Shown piece after piece: positions 1-8,344 of a stretch of DNA of 22,625 bases. Positions within the stretch are counted from its first letter, which is position 1. The number at the start of each line of letters is the position of its first letter. The stretch comes from an uncultured Verrucomicrobiota bacterium (GTDB lineage Bacteria > Verrucomicrobiota > Kiritimatiellia > CAYTQP01 > CAYXEW01): NCBI GenBank assembly GCA_964464115.1, contig CAYXEW010000036.1, positions 1-22,625 on the forward strand. Reading direction: 5' to 3'. A program made the translations under genes and the position numbers. Under the pieces are notes generated by a model. The model searched no databases. It was not told the origin of the DNA and saw only the letters and a list, made by a program, of their open reading frames with translations.

Positions 1-214
1 CACACCTATCTCCCTTGCACGATCAAGGGCACAGGCGCATCTCTTGACCCACAGAAACTGCGAAGACCCCAATTAGTTTTCGTGTGAAATGCGTTTTGCG
101 TGTACTCAAATAATCTCCGATTAAGGAGCTAGACTGCATTATTCACGCGTTCAACATGCTGTAGCTGCGAGACGCCAGGCAAGGTTTTCAGCATTGCAAC
201 TGTCGGATACAGGA

Positions 215-946
215 TCAGAGGATGTCCAGTAATTCATCGAGACGTTCAATGATTTCGTCGGGGGGCTGGTCTCCCGTGCCGCGCATCATGGTCTCGGGTG
301 TCTCCCACTGCTGCATGTGAATGGCCTGCATCCCGGCGCGCTTGGCTCCCTGGATATCCGCCAGCCAGTTGTCGCCGACGTGGACAACCTGTCCCGGCGG
401 AATAAAGAGTTCTTCGTGAACGATTTTGAAGGGCAGGGGGTGCGGTTTGACAAAGCCGATTTCCCCGGAGACAACAATCGTGCTGAAGTGGCGGTCTAGG
501 CCTAGTTTGGCCATGCTCTGCCGAATTGCATAAGGGTCCGGGTAGTTCGACAAAACGGCCAATTCGTATTTACGACCCAGGCTCTCCAGCACGTCCACGA
601 CGTGTTCCTGCAGACTGACACTCTCCACAAAGGCCTCAAACCTAGTCTTCAGTACGGCATTGAGCTCTGGGCGGGTCGGTTTGCGGCCGTACAGTTCTAC
701 GATGAGTTCTTCGCTTATTTCCGCCATATTGTTTTCCCGATATTCGGGCGGGTTGCCGCTGTAGGGAGCCATGCGGTCACGGTGTCTCGCTTCGCCCAGG
801 ATCGACCTGTCGACGTCGCCAAAGAGTTCTGTCAGGGTTGCCGCCAGCGCGTCATCGCACTGTTCAATCTGCTTTTTGCTGAACTCAATCAGCGTGTTAC
901 CGTAATCAAAAACAACGGCGCGTATGATGGATGGTTGAATGGTCAT
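215..946 (-). CDS. HAD-superfamily hydrolase (subfamily IA-like)
   Basis: 243 aa ORF. N-terminal motif I 'VVFDYGNTLIEF' carries the nucleophile Asp but has no Asp at +2. C-terminal motif 'VHVGDNWLADIQGAKRAGMQAIHM' matches HAD motifs III/IV. No signal peptide. Confidence 0.8.
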   Translation of the reverse strand: MTIQPSIIRAVVFDYGNTLIEFSKKQIEQCDDALAATLTELFGDVDRSILGEARHRDRMAPYSGNPPEYRENNMAEISEELIVELYGRKPTRPELNAVLKTRFEAFVESVSLQEHVVDVLESLGRKYELAVLSNYPDPYAIRQSMAKLGLDRHFSTIVVSGEIGFVKPHPLPFKIVHEELFIPPGQVVHVGDNWLADIQGAKRAGMQAIHMQQWETPETMMRGTGDQPPDEIIERLDELLDIL

Positions 947-1042
947 GGCTGTAAGCTATTCCGCATCACGTCTTTGTCCAGCACTAAATGATGCACATTA
1001 TTGTTTTGCTTTTGGGACCCTATACTGTTGAGGATGCACGCC

Positions 1043-2350
1043 ATGAAAATGAAGACACGTTTTGCACCGAGCCCGACGGGGCACGTACATATTGGCAATA
1101 TTCGGGTTGCGATTTATAACTGGCTGTTCGCCCGCCATCACGGCGGGGCCTTTCTGTTGCGCATGGAAGACACGGATCAGGAACGCTCAACGGAAGAAGC
1201 CGTGCAGACGGTGCTGAGCGCCATGAAGTGGATGGGACTCGAAGCCGACGAGCAACCGCTGTATCAGTCGAGCCGCCGGACCGCCCATCTCGAAGCCGCC
1301 GAACGCCTGCTCTCCGCCGGTCTCGCCTACAGAGATAACAAGGGCGGCAAGGGCGAATGTACGGTGTTTCGCATGCCGGACACTGACAGCACCTATCACG
1401 ATGAAGTAAAGGGCGCGCTTACGAAAAAAGCCGGGGATATGCAGGATTTGGTCATTGTCAGATCCAATGGCACGCCCGTTTTTCATCTGGCCAATGTGGT
1501 GGATGACATACACATGGGAATTACCCATGTCATTCGCGGCGACGATCATGTTGAAAACACCTTCCGCCATATAGCACTCTACCGCGCACTCGGCGCCGAC
1601 ATCCCGCACTTTGCTCACTTGCCCATGATTGTGAATCATCAGGGAAAACCGTATTCAAAGCGGGACGGTGCGGCCTATATTGGTGATTTCAGAGAGCGGG
1701 GATACCTGGCATCCGCCATGGTCAACTACCTGGCCCTGCTCGGCTGGTCGCCGGGCGATGACCGCGAGGTGATGCGGACGGAAGAGCTGATCGATCTATT
1801 CACGCTGGCCCGCGTTCAGGCCTCCCCCGCTCAGATGGATATGAAAAAGCTGACGTGGCTCAACGGTGAGCATATGCAGCAACTGCCGCGAGAGATTTAT
1901 CGTAAACGCATTGCTGAAGAACTTACGGCGGCCGGCACAACGGCGCACCTCGAAGACACGGCCCACTTTGAAAAAGTGCTGGCGCTGATGGCGGACCGCA
2001 TAAAGGTCTGGGCCGATGTTGTTCCCATGATGCAATTCTTCTTTCATGACGATTTTGCGTTTGATGAAAAAGCCGTAAACAAGAGGCTGAGAAAACCCGG
2101 CACGGGTGAAAACATAAAGGCCTTGGCAGAGCGATTTCGCAATCTGGAGACCTTTGACGCGGACGCCCTTGAGCAGGCGTTGACCGGCCTGGCAGAGGCG
2201 ACCGGCCATAAGACCGGTGACTATATTCACCCGGTACGGGTCGCGGTTTCAGGGATTTCCATGGGACCCGGACTCTATGAAATGCTGGCTGTGCTGGGGC
2301 GAGACAAGGTGCTGGAGCGCATGCGAAAAGCCGTGGAGACGTTCTGCTGA
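1043..2350 (+). CDS. gltX: glutamyl-tRNA synthetase
   Basis: N-terminus 'MKMKTRFAPSPTGHVHIGN' carries the class I HIGH motif and closely matches the E. coli GluRS start 'MKIKTRFAPSPTG'. A KMSKS-like 'GKPYSKRDG' is also present. The six-frame ORF opens at 1001, but the conserved start is the ATG at 1043, preceded by GAGGA 8 nt upstream. The product is about 435 aa and lacks the Cys-rich zinc-binding insert. Confidence 0.93.
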   Translation: MKMKTRFAPSPTGHVHIGNIRVAIYNWLFARHHGGAFLLRMEDTDQERSTEEAVQTVLSAMKWMGLEADEQPLYQSSRRTAHLEAAERLLSAGLAYRDNKGGKGECTVFRMPDTDSTYHDEVKGALTKKAGDMQDLVIVRSNGTPVFHLANVVDDIHMGITHVIRGDDHVENTFRHIALYRALGADIPHFAHLPMIVNHQGKPYSKRDGAAYIGDFRERGYLASAMVNYLALLGWSPGDDREVMRTEELIDLFTLARVQASPAQMDMKKLTWLNGEHMQQLPREIYRKRIAEELTAAGTTAHLEDTAHFEKVLALMADRIKVWADVVPMMQFFFHDDFAFDEKAVNKRLRKPGTGENIKALAERFRNLETFDADALEQALTGLAEATGHKTGDYIHPVRVAVSGISMGPGLYEMLAVLGRDKVLERMRKAVETFC

Positions 2351-2970
2351 TGAGTGGGGAGCATGCCATTATACGCGAGCCGATTACGCTGGCTACCAAG
2401 GTAACCCTTATCCGCATTATGGGGGTGCCGGTGTTTATTCTCATCATGGTTTATTACAATATGAACCTGCGGGAGGGTGGTTCGCTGGAGGTGCTCAGGC
2501 TGGCGGCCCTCGGTCTATTTGTGGCGATAGCCTTGACCGATGCGCTCGACGGGTACCTTGCCCGCTCTCGCAATGAGGTGACCCGCCTAGGTCAAATGCT
2601 CGATCCGGTGGCTGACAAAATGCTGATGCTCAGCTCTGTTGTGCTGCTGACCCGTTCGTTTCCGGAGGGAACCCTGCAGAGCTTTCCCGTCTGGTTTGCG
2701 CTGTTGGTCATCAGCCGCGATGTCTTGCTGACAGGTGGAGCCCTGCTACTGCATCATTTTTGCCGACAGCTCGAGGTCCGTCCGCGGTTTACAGGTAAAG
2801 TGGCGACGTGCAGCCTGATGGTGCTGATTGTCTGGGTGCTGGGCAAGGGGCCGGCACTGGGCACCATGCTCCTGCTCACCGTATCCGCGCTCTTTACGGC
2901 AGTTTCGGGTATTCAGTATTTAGTTGATGGCATACGCCAGTATGAAGAGGTGCATCGAAATGACGGATGA
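2350..2970 (+). CDS. pgsA: CDP-alcohol phosphatidyltransferase, probably CDP-diacylglycerol--glycerol-3-phosphate 3-phosphatidyltransferase
   Basis: 'DALDGYLARSRNEVTRLGQMLDPVADKMLM' matches the CDP-OH phosphatidyltransferase signature D-x2-DG-x2-AR...G-x3-D-x3-D. The protein is hydrophobic and multi-pass. Its start ATG overlaps the gltX stop (TGATG). Confidence 0.85.
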   Translation: MSGEHAIIREPITLATKVTLIRIMGVPVFILIMVYYNMNLREGGSLEVLRLAALGLFVAIALTDALDGYLARSRNEVTRLGQMLDPVADKMLMLSSVVLLTRSFPEGTLQSFPVWFALLVISRDVLLTGGALLLHHFCRQLEVRPRFTGKVATCSLMVLIVWVLGKGPALGTMLLLTVSALFTAVSGIQYLVDGIRQYEEVHRNDG

Positions 2971-4321
2971 AGTAACACAACGGCGTGTAGCGGCTATTGT
3001 AGGCCGACCCAATGTCGGCAAATCTGCGCTGTTCAACCGCCTTTGCCGCCGCCGTATTGCCATTGTCCATGAGCAGGAGGGCGTTACGCGGGACCGCCTG
3101 GCCTGTGAAATAGAGGCCGAGGGTGAAAAGTTTGAGTTGCTCGACACGGGCGGAATCTGCCGACCGGATCGAAATTCCTCTGAACGCGATATCCATCAGG
3201 GTATCAACCGTCAGGCTGAGGCGGCGGTCAATGACGCTGCCGTGCTGATTTTGGTGGTGGATGTGAAATGCGGTGTCGTGCCGCTCGATACGGAGGTGGC
3301 CGCCCTGCTCAGAAAAAGTTCCCGGCCGATTATCGTGGCTGCCAACAAGGCAGACGACGATCGAAGTGAAGGCGAAGCGGAGGAGTTCAGCTGTCTCGGT
3401 TTTCCAGTCTTTCCCGTTTCAGCAATGCACAACCGCGGGATTGAACCGCTGATGCAGGAAGTGCTCCGCAGCCTGCCGCCCCCCACCGAATCGAATCTGG
3501 CGGAACCCTTAAAGGTGGCCGTCGTGGGGCGGCCCAACGCCGGAAAATCATCCTATATCAACCGCTTGCTCCGCAGCGACAGGGTCATCGTCTCTGATGT
3601 GCCGGGCACGACGCGCGACAGCATTGAAGTACCGTTCACGGTGGGTACGGGCCCACAGGCCCGACACTATGTACTGATGGATACAGCCGGGATACGCCGT
3701 CGCAGGAAAATTGACAGTCTGGTGGATCACTTCAGCATGCTGAGGGCGGAGGGGACGATAGAAAAAGCTGATGTTGTCGTGTTGGCGCTGGATGCAGAAA
3801 AAGGTCCTTCCGTGCAGGAAAAAAAGATTGCTGCGATGATTCTTGAAAAGCGCAAAGGCTGCCTGATGCTGGTCAATAAATGGGATTTAGTGGAGGCGAA
3901 AACCACGCAGCGGCAGTATACAAAAAAGATGTACCACGAACTGCCGTTTCTCAATTTCGTACCCATTGTCTATGCCTCCTCTACGTCGGGCTTTAATATC
4001 AGGCGTTCGATTGAGGCTATTGATTATGTGGCCGATCAGGTCAGTGCGCGCCTGACAACGGGCGTGCTCAACCGTGTCTTGCATGAAGCCGTCGAAAAAA
4101 ATCCGCCGCCGATCATCAAGAATCGCCGACTCAAATTATACTATGCCGCACAGGTAGGCACGCGGCCGGTCTGTATCAAGCTGTTTGTAAACAATGCCAT
4201 CCGGCTGCAACCCTCGTATCGCAGCTACATTACCAACAGTCTGCGCCGCGCTTTCGGCCTCGAAGGGGCGCCTATCGTCCTGGCCACGGCATCCCATCAG
4301 AAGAGGTCGGGCTCCCGTTGA
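2960..4321 (+). CDS. der: ribosome-associated GTPase Der (EngA), tandem GTPase domains plus KH-like C-terminal domain
   Basis: Two P-loops are present, 'GRPNVGKSALFNRL' and 'GRPNAGKSSYINRLL', each followed by DTGG/DTAG and NKAD/NKWD motifs. The ORF finder starts at 2924, but the likely start is the ATG at 2960 (MTDEVTQRRVAAIVG), which overlaps the pgsA stop by 11 nt. Confidence 0.92.
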   Translation: MTDEVTQRRVAAIVGRPNVGKSALFNRLCRRRIAIVHEQEGVTRDRLACEIEAEGEKFELLDTGGICRPDRNSSERDIHQGINRQAEAAVNDAAVLILVVDVKCGVVPLDTEVAALLRKSSRPIIVAANKADDDRSEGEAEEFSCLGFPVFPVSAMHNRGIEPLMQEVLRSLPPPTESNLAEPLKVAVVGRPNAGKSSYINRLLRSDRVIVSDVPGTTRDSIEVPFTVGTGPQARHYVLMDTAGIRRRRKIDSLVDHFSMLRAEGTIEKADVVVLALDAEKGPSVQEKKIAAMILEKRKGCLMLVNKWDLVEAKTTQRQYTKKMYHELPFLNFVPIVYASSTSGFNIRRSIEAIDYVADQVSARLTTGVLNRVLHEAVEKNPPPIIKNRRLKLYYAAQVGTRPVCIKLFVNNAIRLQPSYRSYITNSLRRAFGLEGAPIVLATASHQKRSGSR

Positions 4322-5055
4322 CGGAGCCGGTCGGCGACCCATTTGGACTGCTGCGCGATGCCCATGAGAATCTTGATATCATCTTCGGAGAGCGGGCCTC
4401 TGGACAGAATCCGACGAAGCCCCATCATCATGTGGAAAGCCTTGTCCTCTTTCATAAAACCGATACGGTACAGCGTGTCCTCCCACATGGCAAACATGCG
4501 TTCGCGCAAGGCTGACGGGGCTTGCGGGGACACCTCTTCCATCCCCTCGAATACCTCGCTGTGTTTGTAGAGCTCGTAACAGCACACCATCACTGCTTGA
4601 GCCAGATTCAGTGATTTATATGCGTCCGTAGATGGGATTTCGATCAGTTGTGTAGCCAGGGCCAGATCGCTATTACTGAGCCCTTTGTCTTCCGGACCGA
4701 ACATGATGGCGACGGGTTGCCGGGTGGCCTGGCGCAGCAGGGTGGGAGCCCAGGCGTCAGGCGTTTTTGCCTGCAGTCTGTAAAAACCGGTGCGCGCCGA
4801 GGTGGCGGCCACGAGTCCGCAATCGGCAACGGCTTCGGCTGCAGATGAGAAGTGCCCCGCCTTTTCCAGCAGCACCTTCGCATGCAGCGCCATCTTGTGC
4901 GCCTCTTCCCAGTCCACGGCCCGGTCTCCGTCCACAATGGCCAAATCCGAAAGCCCCATATTCATCATTGCCCTGCAAACGGATCCGATATTACCGCCGT
5001 AGAGCGGGGTGACCAGGACAATGCGTAGTTGGGACAATGGGGATAGTGCAGTCAT
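4297..5055 (-). CDS. trmJ: SpoU/TrmH-family RNA 2'-O-methyltransferase, TrmJ-like
   Basis: N-terminus 'RIVLVTPLYGGNIGSVCRAMMNMGL' resembles the TrmJ motif 'RIVLVEPSHPGNIGAVARAMKNMGL'. At about 250 aa it is typical of the SPOUT class. Its start lies 5 nt after the xthA stop, so the two genes are co-oriented and probably co-transcribed. Confidence 0.8.
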   Translation of the reverse strand: MTALSPLSQLRIVLVTPLYGGNIGSVCRAMMNMGLSDLAIVDGDRAVDWEEAHKMALHAKVLLEKAGHFSSAAEAVADCGLVAATSARTGFYRLQAKTPDAWAPTLLRQATRQPVAIMFGPEDKGLSNSDLALATQLIEIPSTDAYKSLNLAQAVMVCCYELYKHSEVFEGMEEVSPQAPSALRERMFAMWEDTLYRIGFMKEDKAFHMMMGLRRILSRGPLSEDDIKILMGIAQQSKWVADRLRQREPDLF

Positions 5056-5060
5056 TTAAT

Positions 5061-5837
5061 TTATGGCTCCAGATTAAACTCCCCAACCAGAAAGGTGTGG
5101 TCTGAGGGCTTGGGTTGCAGTCTCGGTTCGAGGTCAATCGTGACCTTTGAACAGCGCGCGGCCAGGGAGGGGGTCGCCATAAGGTAGTCAATTCTCCACC
5201 CGATGCCCCGTTGGACCGCGTTCGGCGTCCGGTAATCATAAAAGGTGAAGGCCTGCTCGCCGGGGTGGTGCGCGCGGAATAAATCGACAAAGCCCCAATC
5301 GGCACAGTCGCTAAAGGCCTCGCGGGCCAGCTCGTGAAAGCACACGTGCTGAAGGTGCTTTTCCGGGCTGTGGACGTCTATCGGTTCGCGGGCGACATTG
5401 AGGTCACCGAGCCATAAGACGTGATCATCCGGCTTAAAATGACGTTTAAAATACGCTTTCAGCCGTCGGAACCATGCCAGTTTGTAGGCGAACATCTCAT
5501 GCGTACTATCTCGCCCCTGGGGTACATACGTATTGATGATGTGAAGGTTATGGATGCGGGCGGCCAGCAGCCGGCTTTCATCGCGAGGTTCGTCGTCCAG
5601 TCCAAAGGCGACATCAGAACAGGGTTTGCGGGAAAGGAGGGCGACGCCATTGTAGGCCTTCTGTCCGCAGTACACGGCCTGGTAACCGAGCTGCTTAACG
5701 GCTTCCACCGGAAATTCGCAGTCCTGCACCTTGGTCTCCTGTATGCACAGGACATCCGGATGGTGCCGTTCCAGCCAAGCCCCTATGACCGGCATTCTGG
5801 AACGTATTGAGTTGGCATTGAAGGTTGCTATTTTCAT
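5061..5837 (-). CDS. xthA: exodeoxyribonuclease III / AP endonuclease
   Basis: 'MKIATFNANSIRSRMPVIGAWLERHHPDVLCIQETK' is the canonical ExoIII N-terminus. 'WRIDYLMATP' and 'SDHTFLVGEF' are the C-terminal catalytic motifs. Length is 258 aa. Confidence 0.93.
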   Translation of the reverse strand: MKIATFNANSIRSRMPVIGAWLERHHPDVLCIQETKVQDCEFPVEAVKQLGYQAVYCGQKAYNGVALLSRKPCSDVAFGLDDEPRDESRLLAARIHNLHIINTYVPQGRDSTHEMFAYKLAWFRRLKAYFKRHFKPDDHVLWLGDLNVAREPIDVHSPEKHLQHVCFHELAREAFSDCADWGFVDLFRAHHPGEQAFTFYDYRTPNAVQRGIGWRIDYLMATPSLAARCSKVTIDLEPRLQPKPSDHTFLVGEFNLEP

Positions 5838-6022
5838 ACAGCTCTACATAATCCTTTCAGCGCACTTTGGCAAGCACTGATGGGTTCTACCCGCGCCGAG
5901 AGCCTAACAAGATGAATGTAAATGTCTAATGAAAGCTGAACATTGTTTTAGTGATATGGCATGCGATGCGGGTGAAGTTTTACTCGGGCTCGCCGGTTTG
6001 AGGTGATGAGAGGATACAGGAT

Positions 6023-6715
6023 ATGGCTAAAGAACTGATACTGACAGTGGAAGACGACGAAGACATTCTGGAGTTGATCCAGTTCAACCTTAAACGGGAA
6101 GGGTACAAGACCAAAGGCGTGACCAGCGGCGAAGAGTGTATGAAGTACCTGACCAATGAGAAAGCCGATCTGGTGCTGCTCGACATTATGCTTCCCGGCA
6201 TGGATGGGCTGGATATCTGCAAACAGCTTAAGAACGATGTGAAAACCGTCAATATTCCGGTGATCATGCTGACCGCCAAAGGTGAAGAGGCCGATATTGT
6301 GACCGGCCTTGAGCTGGGCGCCGAGGACTACATCACAAAGCCGTTCAGCCCGCGGGTCTTGCTGGCGCGAATAAAAAGTATTCTCAAGCGCGCCGCCCGC
6401 CGCGAAAAACTTTCTGACGATGCCGTGATCGAAGTGAAAGATATCGTCATTCACCCGGGCCGTCACGAAGTGACCGTTCAGGGAAAACCGGTCGATTTGA
6501 CCTACACGGAATTCCGAATTCTGCATTTTCTCTCCAGCCGTCCCGGCTGGGTTTACAACCGCTACCAGATTGTCGATGCCGTGCACGGTGAAGACTATCC
6601 CGTGACGGAGCGGTCGGTCGATGTTCAGATTGTTGGGTTGCGCAAAAAAATGGGTGCGGCCGGCGAGTATATTGAGACCGTCCGCGGCGTCGGTTACAAA
6701 TTCAGGGATATCTGA
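6023..6715 (+). CDS. phoB: OmpR/PhoB-family response regulator (phosphate regulon)
   Basis: The receiver domain contains 'DLVLLDIMLPGMDGLDICKQLK' and the winged-helix C-terminus ends '...RGVGYKFRDI'. GAGAGGA lies upstream of the ATG. The stop overlaps the phoR start (TGATG). Confidence 0.88.
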   Translation: MAKELILTVEDDEDILELIQFNLKREGYKTKGVTSGEECMKYLTNEKADLVLLDIMLPGMDGLDICKQLKNDVKTVNIPVIMLTAKGEEADIVTGLELGAEDYITKPFSPRVLLARIKSILKRAARREKLSDDAVIEVKDIVIHPGRHEVTVQGKPVDLTYTEFRILHFLSSRPGWVYNRYQIVDAVHGEDYPVTERSVDVQIVGLRKKMGAAGEYIETVRGVGYKFRDI

Positions 6716-8103
6716 TGCAGAGCCGTCGGCTTCTCTGGCAAATTCTGATGTCCTTTTGGCTGGTGGTGGTGGTTTCCCTGCTGGCGGTAACGGGGTATAC
6801 CTACAATCAGAATCTGACGGTATTCAGCAATATTCTGGGGGTCTCGCTGGGGGTGGCTGTCATGGCCGGGGTGCTCGGTGTCGTACTCGCCAAGCGCATC
6901 ACAGCGCCGCTCGAAGACATGCGGGAGGCGGCAGCCCGTTTTGCAGCGGGCCAGTTTGATGAAAAAATACCCGCCTATTCATCGCATGAACTCGCCCAGC
7001 TGGCGGATACGATGAACAGCATGGCCGATGAGATCAATAAAACCCTGAAACTGGTCAACGAACAGAAAAACCAGTTGAGTGCCGTGTTGAAAAGTATGGC
7101 CGAAGGTGTCATTGCCATCAGTCATACAGACAAGATTTTAAACATTAATGATGCGGCGGGCCGCATCCTGGGACTGAATGCGGCCGAGGCGCAGGGCGGG
7201 CGTATCCATGAAGTCATCCGGCATGCCGCCCTCCTGCGATTTGTCAACCGTTTGCGCTGTGCCGAGGCGGACGGGCTCGAGGAGAGAGTGGTGTTGTATG
7301 GACCCAAAGAGGTTCACCTGCTGGTCCACGGATCCCGGCTGAGTGGTTACGAGGGCGAGGAAATTGGCTTGTTAATAGTGTTGCATGATGTGTCGGAGAT
7401 TCACCGCCTCGAACAGATTCGGCAGGACTTTGTGGCCAACGTCTCACACGAATTGAAAACCCCTATCACGTCCATTAAGGGGTTTATGGAAACGTTGCTC
7501 GACGGCGTCTACGAGGAGCCGAAGCAGGCCAGAGGCTTTATGGAAATTATTCAGAAACAGGCCGATCGTCTGGATCTTATTATTACAGACTTACTCGCGC
7601 TCTCCCGCCTGGAGGAGCAGCAGGAAATAGGGCAGTCCATCGCGCTTGAGCCCGCCCTGGTTCGGGATATTATTACCGATGCCGTTCACGTGTGTGAAAA
7701 GGCGGCCTCCGACAAGCATATTCACATTGAGTGGAGTTGTGAAAACGATCTCCGGGGAAGGGTCAATATGCCCCTGATTGAACAGGCACTCGTCAACCTG
7801 ATTGATAATGCCGTCAAATACAGTGAACCGGAAAAAACCGTTCATATTACAGCCGGCAAAGAGAACGAGGGCCTCTTCATCAAAGTCAAAGATGAAGGCT
7901 TCGGGATTGAAAAAGATCATATACCGCGGCTCTTTGAGCGCTTTTACAGGGTTGACAAAGCGCGGAGTCGCAAGCTTGGCGGCACGGGGTTGGGACTGGC
8001 CATTGTGAAACACATTGTGAAGGTGCACCACGGCTACGTACACGTCATCAGTGCGCCCGGAGAGGGTTCAGTTTTTGTCATACATATACCATCTTTTACT
8101 TGA
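6715..8103 (+). CDS. phoR: sensor histidine kinase, PhoR-like
   Basis: An N-terminal TM pair and HAMP domain are followed by a PAS-like region. The HisKA box reads 'DFVANVSHELKTPITSIKGF' (PhoR consensus DFVANVSHELRTPLT). HATPase_c motifs include 'GGTGLGLAIVKHIV'. It is translationally coupled to phoB. Confidence 0.88.
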   Translation: MQSRRLLWQILMSFWLVVVVSLLAVTGYTYNQNLTVFSNILGVSLGVAVMAGVLGVVLAKRITAPLEDMREAAARFAAGQFDEKIPAYSSHELAQLADTMNSMADEINKTLKLVNEQKNQLSAVLKSMAEGVIAISHTDKILNINDAAGRILGLNAAEAQGGRIHEVIRHAALLRFVNRLRCAEADGLEERVVLYGPKEVHLLVHGSRLSGYEGEEIGLLIVLHDVSEIHRLEQIRQDFVANVSHELKTPITSIKGFMETLLDGVYEEPKQARGFMEIIQKQADRLDLIITDLLALSRLEEQQEIGQSIALEPALVRDIITDAVHVCEKAASDKHIHIEWSCENDLRGRVNMPLIEQALVNLIDNAVKYSEPEKTVHITAGKENEGLFIKVKDEGFGIEKDHIPRLFERFYRVDKARSRKLGGTGLGLAIVKHIVKVHHGYVHVISAPGEGSVFVIHIPSFT

Positions 8104-8167
8104 TTTGATGGGCGTTTTCTTTTAGCATTTAAAAAAATCAGGGATCGTAAAAAAGAATCACTTTTAA

Positions 8168-8191
8168 ATGTCATGATGCTCCTTTTTTTAT
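8168..8191 (+). promoter_or_regulatory. candidate PhoB-dependent promoter: Pho-box-like half-site ATGTCAT (8168-8174) over the -35 position, and a -10-like TTTTAT (8186-8191)
   Basis: ATGTCAT matches the Pho-box 7-mer CTGTCAT at 6 of 7 positions. An AT-rich spacer sits upstream. The spacing to the -10-like hexamer mirrors E. coli Pho promoters, where the Pho box replaces the -35. The site lies upstream of the porin gene. Confidence 0.3.
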
Positions 8192-8344
8192 CGGTGAGGC
8201 GACACGGGGTTCCGGGCGGTCTGGAGAACGGCCAGGAGTCCTTTTACCGGTGCGGGAAGGTGCGTGATTTTGCCCGCAGTTCATTGTGGATTGCGGGATA
8301 GTGGCGGGCGGAGATCCGCTGTTAACAGGAGACAGGAGATAAGA

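Noticed and set aside
12-29. Hairpin CCCTTG-CACGAT-CAAGGG at the 5' edge, downstream of the HAD gene
   Set aside because: Only a 6-bp stem with no flanking U-run on either strand. That is not enough to call a terminator, and the context is cut off by the window edge.
1000-1039. Direct repeat GATGCAC occurring twice, and a TATACT hexamer, in the HAD-gltX divergent spacer
   Set aside because: 7-mers recur by chance at this scale. TATACT would place the TSS inside the gltX SD, so I do not call it a promoter.
1187-2447. Several 144-174-aa - strand ORFs inside gltX
   Set aside because: Antisense shadow ORFs within a highly conserved aminoacyl-tRNA synthetase gene.
5838-6022. Looked for a classical Pho box (two TGTCA-like 7-mers at 11-bp spacing) in the xthA-phoB divergent intergenic region
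   Set aside because: The region contains AATGTAAATGTCTAATG, whose TGT repeats have 6-bp periodicity rather than 11-bp. No convincing autoregulatory Pho box is present, although PhoB consensus may differ in this lineage.
5948-6586. 212-aa ORF antisense to phoB
   Set aside because: Shadow ORF within a clearly identifiable response-regulator gene, with no independent signals.
8127-8169. 8-bp inverted repeat ATTTAAAA / TTTTAAAT and AAAAA(A/G)AATCA direct repeats in the phoR-porin spacer
   Set aside because: They are composed entirely of A/T in an AT-rich promoter region, so chance occurrence is high. I regard them as A-tracts or UP-element-like sequence rather than a specific operator.
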